Positions 1 to 12,790 of a stretch of DNA of 64,000 nucleotides are shown piece after piece. The notes under the pieces were generated by a model. It was not told the DNA's origin. It saw nothing but the letters and a program-made list of their open reading frames with translations, and made no database searches. The stretch comes from Azolla caroliniana (taxonomy: Eukaryota > Plantae > Polypodiophyta): positions 1-64,000 of the forward strand of contig JBHGNT010000091.1 of the NCBI GenBank assembly GCA_043228905.1, given 5' to 3'. Numbering within the stretch: position 1 is the stretch's first letter; each line of letters begins with the position of its first letter. Position numbers and translations under genes: made by a program.

Positions 1-760
1 ATTTTTGTGTTCAAACATGCGAATCGAAGCTAACAACGCTAGCTATGATATGGAATTAAAAAATCAAGATTTTGAAACTCAGGTCGAGAGACATGAAGAA
101 ATTTCCAAATTTGAGTAGTGAGTTGAGAGGAGCCCTTGAGTAAATGAAAATGTTCATACCTGGCTCGTGTAATATCGGATTTTTGTGTTCAAACATGCGA
201 ATCGAAGCTAACAACGCTAGCTATGATATGGAATTAAAAAATCAAGATTTTGAAACTCAGGTCGAGAGACATGACGAAATTTCCAAATTTGAGGAGTGAG
301 TTGAGAGGAGCCCTTGAGTAAATTAAAATGTTCATACCTGGCTCGTATCATATCGGATTTTTGTGTTCAAACATGGGAATCGAAGCTAACAACGCTAGCT
401 ATGATATGGAATTAAAAAATCAAGATTTTGAAACTCAGGTCGAGAGACATGAAGAAATTTCCAAATTTGAGTAGTGAGTTGAGAGGAGCCCTTGAGTAAA
501 TGAAAATGTTCATACCTGGCTCGTGTAATATCGGATTTTTGTGTTCAAACATGCGAATCGAAGCTAACAACGCTAGCTATGATATGGAATTAAAAAATCA
601 AGCTTTTGAAACTCAGGTCGAGAGACATGACGAAATTTCCAAATTTGAGGAGTGAGTTGAGAGGAGCCCTTGAGTAAATTAAAATGTTCATACCTGGCTC
701 TTATCATATCGGATTTTTGTGTTCAAACATGGGAATCGAAGCTAACAACGCTAGCTATGA
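1..760 (+). repeat. 2-monomer (356 bp) tandem duplication
   Basis: ACATGGGAAT occurs at 371 and 727, and GAAGAAATTTCC/GAGTAG monomers alternate with GACGAAATTTCC/GAGGAG monomers. Boundaries approximate. Confidence 0.7.
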
Positions 761-2389
761 TATGGAATTAAAAAATCAAGATTTTGAAACTCAGATCGAG
801 AGACATGACGAAATTACCAAATTTGAGGAGTGAGTTGAGAAGAGCTAGGAGGTAAATTAAAATGTTCATACCTGGCTCGTGTGATATCGAATATTTGTGT
901 TCAAACATGCGAATCGAAGCTAACAACGCTAGCTATGATATGGTATTAAAAAATCAAGATTTTGAAACTCAGGTCGAGAGACATGACGAAATTACCAAAT
1001 TTGAGTAGTGAGTTGAGAGGAGCCCTTGAGTAAATGAAAATGTTCATACCTGGCTCGTGTAATATCGGATTTTTGTGTTCAAACATGCGAATCGAAGCTA
1101 ACAACGCTAGCTATGATATGGAATTAAAAAATCAAGATTTTAAAACTCAGGTCGAGATACATGACGAAATTTCCAAATTTGAGGAGTGAGTTGAGAGGAG
1201 CCCCTGAGTAAACGAAAATGTTCATAACTGGCTCGTGTAATATCGGATTTTTGTGTTCAAACATGCGAATTGAAGCTAACAACGCTACCTATGATATGGA
1301 ATTAAAAAATCAAGATTTTGACACTCAGGTCGAGAGACATGACGAAATTACCAAATGTGAGGAGTGAGTTGGGAAGAGCTAGGAGGTAAATTAAATAGTT
1401 CATACCTGGCTCCTGTGATATCGGATTTTTGTGTTCAAACATACGAATCCAAGCTAACAACGCTAGCTATGATATGGAATTAAAAAATCAAGAGTTTGAA
1501 ACTGAGGTCGAGAGAGATGACGAAATTAGCAAACTTGAGGAAGTAGTGGAGAGGAGCCCTTGAGTAAATGAAAATGTCCATACCTGGCTCGTGTGATATC
1601 GGATTTTTGTGTTCAAACATGTGAATCGAAGCTAACAACGCTAGCTATGATATGGAATTAAAAAATCAAGATTTTGAAACTCAGGTCGAGAGACATGACG
1701 AAATTACCAAATTTGATGAGTCAGTTGAGAGGAGCCCTTGAGTAAATGAAAATGTTCATACCTGGCTCGTGTAATATCGGATTTTTGTGTTCAAACATGC
1801 GAATCGAAGCTAACAACGCTAGCTATGATATGGAATTAAAAAATCAAGATTTTGAAACTCAGGTCGGGAGACATGACGAAATTTCCAAATTTGAGGAGTG
1901 AGTTGAGAGGAGCCCTTGAGTAAATTAAAATGTTCATACCTGGCTCGTATCATATCGGATTTTTGTGTTCAAACATGCGAATCGAAGCTAACAACGCTAG
2001 CTATGACATGGAATTAAAACATCAAGATTTTGAAACTCAGATCGAGAGACATGACGAAATTACCAAATTTGAGGAGTGAGTTGAGAAGAGCTAGGAGGTA
2101 AATTAAAATGTTCATACCTGGCTCGTGTGATATCGAATATTTGTGTTCAAACATGCGAATCGAAGCTAAAAACGCTAGCTATAATATGGAATTAAAAAAT
2201 CAAGATTTTAAAACTCAGGTCGAGAGACATGACGAAATTACCAAATTTGAGTAGTGAGTTGAGAGGAGCCCTTGAGTAAATGAAAATGTTCATACCGGGC
2301 TCGTGTAACATCGAATTTTTGTGTTCAAACATGCGAATCGAAGCTAACAACGCTAGCTATGATATGGAGTTAAAAAATTAAGATTTTGA

Positions 2390-5200
2390 AACTCAGGTCG
2401 AGAGACATGACGAAATTACCAAATTTGAGTAGTGAGTTGAGAGGAGCTCTTGAGTAAATGAAAATGTTCATACTTGGCTCGTGTAATATCGGATTTTTGT
2501 GTTCAAACATGCGAATCGAAGCTAACAACGCTAGCTATGATATGGAATTAAAAAATCAAGATTTTGAAACTCAGGTCGAGAGACATGAAGAAATTTCCAA
2601 ATTTGAGTAGTGAGTTGAGAGGAGCCCTTGAGTAAATGAAAATGTTCATACCTGGCTCGTGTAATATCGGATTTTTGTGTTCAAACATGCGAATCGAAGC
2701 TAAAAACGCTAGCTATGATATGGAATTAAAAAATCAAGATTTTGAAACTCAGGTCGAGAGACATGAAGAAATTACCAAATTTGAGGAGTGAGTGGAGAAG
2801 AGCTAGGAGGTAAATTAAAATGTTCATACTTGGCTCGTATCATATCGGAGTTTTGTGTTCAAACATGCGAATCGAAGCTAACAACGCTAGGTATGATACG
2901 GAATTAAAAAATCAAGATTTTGAAACTCAGGTCGAGACACATGACGGAATTACCAAATTTGAGGAGTGAGTTGAGAGGAGCCCTTGAGTAAATGAAAATG
3001 TTCATACCTGGCTCGTGTAATATCGGATTTTTGTGTTCAAACATGCGCATCGAAGCTAACAACGCTAGCTATGATATGGAATTAAAAAATCAAGATTTTC
3101 AAACTCAGGTCGAGAGACATGACGAAATTTCCAAATTTGAGGAGTGAGTTGAGAGGAGCCCTTGAGTAAATTAAAATGTTCATACCTGGCTCGTATCATA
3201 TTGGATTTTTGTGTTCAAACATGCGAATCGAAGCTAACAACGCTAGCTATGATGGGGAATTAAAAAATCAAGATTTTGAAACTCAGGTCGAGAGACATGA
3301 CGAAATTACCAAATTTGAGTAGTGAGTTGAGAGGAGCCCTTGAGTAAATGAAAATGTTCATACTTGGCTCGTGTAATATCGGATTTTTGTGTTCAAACAT
3401 GCGAATCGAAGCTAACAACGCTAGCTATGATATGGAATTAAAAAATCAAGATTTTGAAACTCAGGTCGAGAGACATGAAGAAATTTCCAAATTTGAGTAG
3501 TGAGTTGAGAGGAGCCCTTGAGTAAATGAAAATGTTCATACCTGGCTCGTGTAATATCGGATTTTTGTGTTCAAACATGCGAATCGAAGCTAAAAACGCT
3601 AGCTATGATATGGAATTAAAAAATCAAGATTTTGAAACTCAGGTCGAGAGACATGAAGAAATTACCAAATTTGAGGAGTGAGTGGAGAAGAGCTAGGAGG
3701 TAAATTAAAATGTTCATACTTGGCTCGTATCATATCGGAGTTTTGTGTTCAAACATGCGAATCGAAGCTAACAACGCTAGGTATGATACGGAATTAAAAA
3801 ATCAAGATTTTGAAACTCAGGTCGAGACACATGACGGAATTACCAAATTTGAGGAGTGAGTTGAGAGGAGCCCTTGAGTAAATGAAAATGTTCATACCTG
3901 GCTCGTGTAATATCGGATTTTTGTGTTCAAACATGCGCATCGAAGCTAACAACGCTAGCTATGATATGGAATTAAAAAATCAAGATTTTCAAACTCAGGT
4001 CGAGAGACATGACGAAATTTCCAAATTTGAGGAGTGAGTTGAGAGGAGCCCTTGAGTAAATTAAAATGTTCATACCTGGCTCGTATCATATTGGATTTTT
4101 GTGTTCAAACATGCGAATCGAAGCTAACAACGCTAGCTATGATGGGGAATTAAAAAATCAAGATTTTGAAACTCAGGTCGAGAGACATGACGAAATTACC
4201 AAATTTGAGTAGTGAGTTGAGAGGAGCCCTTGAGTAAATGAAAATGTTCATACTTGGCTCGTGTAATATCGGATTTTTGTGTTCAAACATGCGAATCGAA
4301 GCTAACAACGCTAGCTATGATATGGAATTAAAAAATCAAGATTTTGAAACTCAGGTCGAGAGACATGAAGAAATTTCCAAATTTGAGTAGTGAGTTGAGA
4401 GGAGCCCTTGAGTAAATGAAAATGTTCATACCTGGCTCGTGTAATATCGGATTTTTGTGTTCAAACATGCGAATCGAAGCTAAAAACGCTAGCTATGATA
4501 TGGAATTAAAAAATCAAGATTTTGAAACTCAGGTCGAGAGACATGAAGAAATTACCAAATTTGAGGAGTGAGTGGAGAAGAGCTAGGAGGTAAATTAAAA
4601 TGTTCATACTTGGCTCGTATCATATCGGAGTTTTGTGTTCAAACATGCGAATCGAAGCTAACAACGCTAGGTATGATACGGAATTAAAAAATCAAGATTT
4701 TGAAACTCAGGTCGAGACACATGACGGAATTACCAAATTTGAGGAGTGAGTTGAGAGGAGCCCTTGAGTAAATGAAAATGTTCATACCTGGCTCGTGTAA
4801 TATCGGATTTTTGTGTTCAAACATGCGAATCGAAGCTAACAACGCTAGCTATGATATGGAATTAAAAAATCAAGATTTTGAAACTCAGGTCGAGAGACAT
4901 GACGAAATTTCCAAATTTGAGGAGTGAGTTGAGAGGAGCCCTTGAGTAAATTAAAATGTTCATACCTGGCTCGTATCATATTGGATTTTTGTGTTCAAAC
5001 ATGCGAATCGAAGCTAACAACGCTAGCTATGATATGGAATTAAAAAATCAAGATTTTGAAACTCAGGTCGAGAGACATGACGAAATTACCAAATTTGAGT
5101 AGTGAGTTGAGAGGAGCCCTTGAGTAAATGAAAATGTTCATACTTGGCTCGTGTAATATCGGATTTTTGTGTTCAAACATGCGAATCGAAGCTAACAACG
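2390..5200 (+). repeat. 5-monomer higher-order repeat (890 bp), ~3 tandem copies
   Basis: TAAAAACGCT at 2701, 3591 and 4481; ACATGCGCAT at 3041 and 3931; GATGGGGAAT at 3251 and 4141. Spacing is 890 = 5x178. Boundaries approximate. Confidence 0.92.
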
Positions 5201-8200
5201 CTAGCTATGATATGGAATTAAAAAATCAAGATTTTGAAGCTCAGATCGAGAGACATGACGAAATTACCAAATTTGATGAGTCAGTTGAGAGGAGCCCTTG
5301 AGTAAATGAAAATGTTCATACCTGGCTCGTGTAATATCGGATTTTTGTGTTCAAACATGCGAATCGAAGCTAACAACGCGAGTTATGATATGGAATTAAA
5401 AAATCAAGATTTTGAAACTCAGGTCGAGAGACATGACGAAATTTCCAAATTTGAGGAGTGAGTTCAGAAGAGCTAGGAGGTAAATTAAATAGTTCATACC
5501 TGGCTCTTGTGATATCGTATATTTGTGTTCAAACATGCGAATCGAAGCTAACAACGCTAGCTATGATATGGAATTAAAAAATCAAGATTTTGAAACTCAG
5601 GTCGAGATACATGACGAAATTTCCAAATTTGAGGAGTGAGTTGAGAGGAGCCCTTGAGTAAATGAAAATGTTCATACCTGGCTCGTATCATATCGGATTT
5701 TTGTGTTCAAACATGCGTATCGAAGCTAACAACGCTCGCTATGATATGGAATTAAAAAATCAAGATTTTGAAACTCAGGTCGAGAGACATGACGAAATTA
5801 CCAAATTTGAGTAGTGAGTTGAGAGGAGCCCTTGAGTAAATGAAAATGTTCATACTTGGCTCGTGTAATATCGGATTTTTGTGTTCAAACATGCGAATCG
5901 AAGCTAACAACGCTAGCTATGATATGGAATTAAAAAATCAAGATTTTGAAACTCAGGTCGAGAGACATGAAGAAATTACCAAATTTGAGGAGTGAGTGGA
6001 GAAGAGCTAGGAGGTAAATTAAAATGTTCATACTTGGTTCGTATCATATCGGATTTTGGTGGTCAAACATGCGAATCGAAGCTAACAACGCTAGGTATGA
6101 TACGGAATTAAAAAATCAAGATTTTGAAACTCAGGTCGAGAGACATGACGGAATTACCAAATTTGAGGAGTGAGTTGAGAGGAGCCCTTGAGTAAATGAA
6201 AATGTTTAGACCTGGCTCGTGTAATATCGGATTTTTGTGTTCAAACATGCGAATCGAAGCTAACAACGCTAGCTATGACATGGAATTAAAAAATCAAGAT
6301 TTTGAAACTCAGGTCGAGAGACATGACGAAATTTCCAAATTTGAGGAGTGAGTTCAGAAGAGCTAGGAGGTAAATTAAATAGTTCATACCTGGCCCGTGT
6401 GATATCGTATATTTGTGTTCAAACATGCGAATCGAAGCTAACAACGCTAGCTATGATATGGAATTAAAAAATCAAGATTTTGAAACTCAGGTCGAGAGAC
6501 ATGACGAAATTACCAAATTTGAGTAGTGAGTTGAGAGGAGCCCTTGAGTAAATGAAAATGTTCATACTTGGCTCGTGTAATATCGGATTTTTGTGTTCAA
6601 ACATGCGAATCGAAGCTAACAACGCTAGCTATGATATGGAATTAAAAAATCAAGATTTCGAAACTCAGGTCGAGAGACATGAAGAAATTTCCAAATTTGA
6701 GTAGTGAGTTGAGAGGAGCCCTTGAGTAAATGAAAATGTTCATACCTGGCTCGTGTAATATCGGATTTTTGTGTTCAAACATGCGAATCGAAGCTAAAAA
6801 CGCTAGCTATGATATGGAATTAAAAAATCAAGATTTTAAAACTCAGGTCGAGAGACATGACGAAATTTCCAAATTTGATGAGTCAGTTGAGAGGAGCCCT
6901 TGAGTAAATGAAAATGTTCATACCTGGCTCGTGTAATATCGGATATTTGTGTTCAAACATGCGAATTGAAGCTAACAACGCTAGCTATGATATGGAATTA
7001 AAAAATCAAGATTTTGAAACTCAGGTCGAGAGACATGACGAAATTTCCAAATTTGAGGAGTGAGTTGAGAAGAGCTAGGAGGTAAATTAAATAGTTCATA
7101 CCTGGCCCGTGTGATATCGTATATTTGTGTTCAAACATGCGAATCGAAGCTAACAACGCTAGCTATGATATGGAATTAAAAAATCAAGATTTTGAAACTC
7201 AGGTCGAGAGACATGACGAAATTACCAACTTTGAGGAGTGAGTTGAGAGGAGCCCTTGAGTAAATGAAAATGTTCATACCTGGCTCGTGTAATATCGGAT
7301 TTTTGTGTTCAAACATGCGAATCGAAGCTAACAACGCTAGCTATGATATGGAATTAGAAAATCAAGATTTTGAAACTCAGGTCGAGAGACATGAAGAAAT
7401 TTCCAAATTTGAGTAGTGAGTTGAGAGGAGCCCTTGAGTAAATGAAAATGTTCATACCTGGCTCGTGTAATATCGGATTTTTGTGTTCAAACATGCGAAT
7501 CGAAGCTAACAACGCTAGCTATGATATGGAATTAAAAAATCAAGATTTTGAAACTCAGGTCGAGAGACATGAAGAAATTACCAAATTTGAGGAGTGAGTG
7601 GAGAAGAGCTAGGAGGTAAATTAAAATGTTCATACTTGGCTCGTATCATATCGGAGTTTTGTGTTCAAACATGCGAATCGAAGCTAACAACGCTAGGTAT
7701 GATACGGAATTAAAAAATCAAGATTTTGAAACTCAGGTCGAGAGACATGAAGAAATTTCCAAATTTGAGTAGTGAGTTGAGAGGAGCCCTTGAGTAAATG
7801 AAAATGTTCATACCTGGCTCGTGTAATATCGGATTTTTGTGTTCAAACATGCGAATCGAAGCTAACAACGCTAGCTATGATATGGAATTAAAAAATCAAG
7901 ATTTTGAAACTCAGGTCGAGAGACATGACGAAATTACCAAATTTGAGTAGTGAGTTGAGAGGAGCCCTTGAGTAAATGAAAATGTTCATACTTGGCTCGT
8001 GTAATATCGGATTTTTGTGTTCAAACATGCGAATCGAAGCTAACAACGCTAGCTATGATATGGAATTAAAAAATCAAGATTTTGAAGCTCAGATCGAGAG
8101 ACATGACGAAATTACCACATTTGATGAGTCAGTTGAGAGGAGCCCTTGAGTAAATGAAAATGTTCATACCTGGCTCGTGTAATATCGGATTTTTGTGTTC

Positions 8201-11200
8201 AAACATGCGAATCGAAGCTAACAACGCGAGTTATGATATGGAATTAAAAAATCAAGATTTTGAAACTCAGGTCGAGAGACATGACGAAATTTCCAAATTT
8301 GAGGAGTGAGTTCAGAAGAGCTAGGAGGTAAATTAAATAGTTCATACCTGGCTCTTGTGATATCGTATATTTGTGTTCAAACATGCGAATCGAAGCTAAC
8401 AACGCTAGCTATGATATGGAATTAAAAAATCAAGATTTTGAAACTCAGGTCGAGATACATGACGAAATTTCCAAATTTGAGGAGTGAGTTGAGAGGAGCC
8501 CTTGAGTAAATGAAAATGTTCATACCTGGCTCGTATCATATCGGATTTTTGTGTTCAAACATGCGTATCGAAGCTAACAACGCTCGCTATGATATGGAAT
8601 TAAAAAATCAAGATTTTGAAACTCAGGTCGAGAGACATGACGAAATTACCAAATTTGAGTAGTGAGTTGAGAGGAGCCCTTGAGTAAATGAAAATGTTCA
8701 TACTTGGCTCGTGTAATATCGGATTTTTGTGTTCAAACATGCGAATCGAAGCTAACAACGCTAGCTATGATATGGAATTAAAAAATCAAGATTTTGAAAC
8801 TCAGGTCGAGAGACATGAAGAAATTACCAAATTTGAGGAGTGAGTGGAGAAGAGCTAGGAGGTAAATTAAAATGTTCATACTTGGTTCGTATCATATCGG
8901 ATTTTGGTGGTCAAACATGCGAATCGAAGCTAACAACGCTAGGTATGATACGGAATTAAAAAATCAAGATTTTGAAACTCAGGTCGAGAGACATGACGGA
9001 ATTACCAAATTTGAGGAGTGAGTTGAGAGGAGCCCTTGAGTAAATGAAAATGTTTAGACCTGGCTCGTGTAATATCGGATTTTTGTGTTCAAACATGCGA
9101 ATCGAAGCTAACAACGCTAGCTATGACATGGAATTAAAAAATCAAGATTTTGAAACTCAGGTCGAGAGACATGACGAAATTTCCAAATTTGAGGAGTGAG
9201 TTCAGAAGAGCTAGGAGGTAAATTAAATAGTTCATACCTGGCCCGTGTGATATCGTATATTTGTGTTCAAACATGCGAATCCAAGCTAACAACGCTAGCT
9301 ATGATATGGAATTAAAAAATCAAGATTTTGAAACTCAGGTCGAGAGACATGACGAAATTACCAAATTTGAGTAGTGAGTTGAGAGGAGCCCTTGAGTAAA
9401 TGAAAATGTTCATACTTGGCTCGTGTAATATCGGATTTTTGTGTTCAAACATGCGAATCGAAGCTAACAACGCTAGCTATGATATGGAATTAAAAAATCA
9501 AGATTTCGAAACTCAGGTCGAGAGACATGAAGAAATTTCCAAATTTGAGTAGTGAGTTGAGAGGAGCCCTTGAGTAAATGAAAATGTTCATACCTGGCTC
9601 GTGTAATATCGGATTTTTGTGTTCAAACATGCGAATCGAAGCTAAAAACGCTAGCTATGATATGGAATTAAAAAATCAAGATTTTAAAACTCAGGTCGAG
9701 AGACATGACGAAATTTCCAAATTTGATGAGTCAGTTGAGAGGAGCCCTTGAGTAAATGAAAATGTTCATACCTGGCTCGTGTAATATCGGATATTTGTGT
9801 TCAAACATGCGAATTGAAGCTAACAACGCTAGCTATGATATGGAATTAAAAAATCAAGATTTTGAAACTCAGGTCGAGAGACATGACGAAATTTCCAAAT
9901 TTGAGGAGTGAGTTGAGAAGAGCTAGGAGGTAAATTAAATAGTTCATACCTGGCCCGTGTGATATCGTATATTTGTGTTCAAACATGCGAATCGAAGCTA
10001 ACAACGCTAGCTATGATATGGAATTAAAAAATCAAGATTTTGAAACTCAGGTCGAGAGACATGACGAAATTACCAACTTTGAGGAGTGAGTTGAGAGGAG
10101 CCCCTGAGTAAATGAAAATGTTCATACCTGGCTCGTGTAATATCGGATTTTTGTGTTCAAACATGCGAATCGAAGCTAACAACGCTAGCTATGATATGGA
10201 ATTAGAAAATCAAGATTTTGAAACTCAGGTCGAGAGACATGAAGAAATTTCCAAATTTGAGTAGTGAGTTGAGAGGAGCCCTTGAGTAAATGAAAATGTT
10301 CATACCTGGCTCGTGTAATATCGGATTTTTGTGTTCAAACATGCGAATCGAAGCTAACAACGCTAGCTATGATATGGAATTAAAAAATCAAGATTTTGAA
10401 ACTCAGGTCGAGAGACATGAAGAAATTACCAAATTTGAGGAGTGAGTGGAGAAGAGCTAGGAGGTAAATTAAAATGTTCATACTTGGCTCGTATCATATC
10501 GGAGTTTTGTGTTCAAACATGCGAATCGAAGCTAACAACGCTAGGTATGATACGGAATTAAAAAATCAAGATTTTGAAACTCAGGTCGAGAGACATGAAG
10601 AAATTTCCAAATTTGAGTAGTGAGTTGAGAGGAGCCCTTGAGTAAATGAAAATGTTCATACCTGGCTCGTGTAATATCGGATTTTTGTGTTCAAACATGC
10701 GAATCGAAGCTAACAACGCTAGCTATGATATGGAATTAAAAAATCAAGATTTTGAAACTCAGGTCGAGAGACATGACGAAATTACCAAATTTGAGTAGTG
10801 AGTTGAGAGGAGCCCTTGAGTAAATGAAAATGTTCATACTTGGCTCGTGTAATATCGGATTTTTGTGTTCAAACATGCGAATCGAAGCTAACAACGCTAG
10901 CTATGATATGGAATTAAAAAATCAAGATTTTGAAGCTCAGATCGAGAGACATGACGAAATTACCACATTTGATGAGTCAGTTGAGAGGAGCCCTTGAGTA
11001 AATGAAAATGTTCATACCTGGCTCGTGTAATATCGGATTTTTGTGTTCAAACATGCGAATCGAAGCTAACAACGCGAGTTATGATATGGAATTAAAAAAT
11101 CAAGATTTTGAAACTCAGGTCGAGAGACATGACGAAATTTCCAAATTTGAGGAGTGAGTTCAGAAGAGCTAGGAGGTAAATTAAATAGTTCATACCTGGC

Positions 11201-11450
11201 TCTTGTGATATCGTATATTTGTGTTCAAACATGCGAATCGAAGCTAACAACGCTAGCTATGATATGGAATTAAAAAATCAAGATTTTGAAACTCAGGTCG
11301 AGATACATGACGAAATTTCCAAATTTGAGGAGTGAGTTGAGAGGAGCCCTTGAGTAAATGAAAATGTTCATACCTGGCTCGTATCATATCGGATTTTTGT
11401 GTTCAAACATGCGAATCGAAGCTAACAACGCTCGCTATGATATGGAATTA
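5050..11450 (+). repeat. 16-monomer higher-order repeat (2848 bp), two full copies plus a partial third
   Basis: GAAGCTCAGATC at 5236, 8084 and 10932; TGTTTAGACC at 6203 and 9051; the TTTTGGTGGTCAAAC variant at ~6054 and ~8902. Spacing is 2848 = 16x178. Boundaries approximate. Confidence 0.92.
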
Positions 11451-12059
11451 AAAAATCAAGATTTTGAAACTCAGGTCGAGAGACATGAAGAAATTTCCAA
11501 ATTTGAGTAGTGAGTTGAGAGGAGCCCTTGAGTAAATGAAAATGTTCATACTTGGCTCGTGTAATATCGGATTTTTGTGTTCAAACATGCGAATCGAAGC
11601 TAAAAACGCTAGCTATGGTATGGAATTAAAAAATCAAGATTTTGAAACTCAGGTCGAGAGACATGAAGAAATTACCAAATTTGAGGAGTGAGTGGAGAAG
11701 AGCTAGGATGTAAATTAAAATGTTCATACTTGGCTCGTATCATATCGGATTTTTGTGTTCAAACATGCGAATCGAAGCTAACAACGCTAGGTATGATACG
11801 GAATTAAAAAATCAAGATTTTGAAACTCAGGTCGAGACACATGACGGAATTACCAAATTGGAGGAGTGAGTTGAGAGGAGCCCTTGAGTAAATTAAAATG
11901 TTCATACCTGGCTCGTATTATATCGGATTTTTGTGTTCAAACATGCGAATCGAAGCTAACAACGCTAGCTATGATATGGAATTAAAAAATCAAGATTTTG
12001 AAACTCAGGTCGAGAGACATGACGAAATTACCAAATTTGAGTAGTGAGTTGAGAGGAGC

Positions 12060-12790
12060 CCTTGAGTAAATGAAAATGTTCATACCTGGCTCGTGTAATA
12101 TCGGATTTTTGTGTTCAAACATGCGAATCGAAGCTAACAACGCTAGCTATGATATGGAATTAAAAAATCAAGATTTTCAAACTCAGGTCGAGAGACATGA
12201 CGAAATTTCCAAATTTGAGTAGTGAGTTGAGAGGAGCCCTTGAGTAAATTAAAATGTTCATATCTGGCTCGTCTCATATCGGATTTTTGTGTTCAAACAT
12301 GGGAATCGAAGCTAACAACACTAGCTATGATATGGAATTAAAAAATCAAGATTTTGAAACTCAGGTCGAGACACATGACGGAATTACCAAATTGGAGGAG
12401 TGAGTTGAGAGGAGCCCTTGAGTAAATTAAAATGTTCATACCTGGCTCGTGTAATATCGGATTTTTGTGTTCAAACATGCGAATCGAAGCTAACAACGCT
12501 AGCTATGATATGGAATTAAAAAATCAAGATTTTCAAACTCAGGTCGAGAGACATGACGAAATTTCCAAATTTGAGTAGTGAGTTGAGAGGAGCCCTTGAG
12601 TAAATTAAAATGTTCATATCTGGCTCGTCTCATATCGGATTTTTGTGTTCAAACATGGGAATCGAAGCTAACAACGCTAGCTATGATATGGAATTAAAAA
12701 ATCAAGATTTTGAAACTCAGGTCGAGACACATGACGGAATTACCAAATTGGAGGAGTGAGTTGAGAGGAGCCCTTGAGTAAATTAAAATG
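12060..12790 (+). repeat. 2-monomer (356 bp) tandem duplication
   Basis: TATCTGGCTCGTCTCATATC at 12261 and 12617, each followed by a GAGACAC/AAATTGGAGG monomer. Confidence 0.8.

Noticed and set aside
1-178. Identity with Arabidopsis CEN178 or primate alpha satellite / CENP-B box
   Set aside because: Only the length is similar. I could not see their diagnostic motifs or a TTCG....A..CGGG box.
1-230. Internal sub-repeat within the monomer (TGATATCGGATT vs TGATATGGAATT; ACATGCGAAT vs ACATGACGAAAT)
   Set aside because: The matches are short and AT-rich with inconsistent spacing (~53 vs ~76 bp), so an ancestral shorter unit cannot be supported without alignment statistics.
840-865. AGGAGGT Shine-Dalgarno-like motif before an ATG in type B monomers
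   Set aside because: This is coincidental in a satellite context, and no sustained ORF follows.
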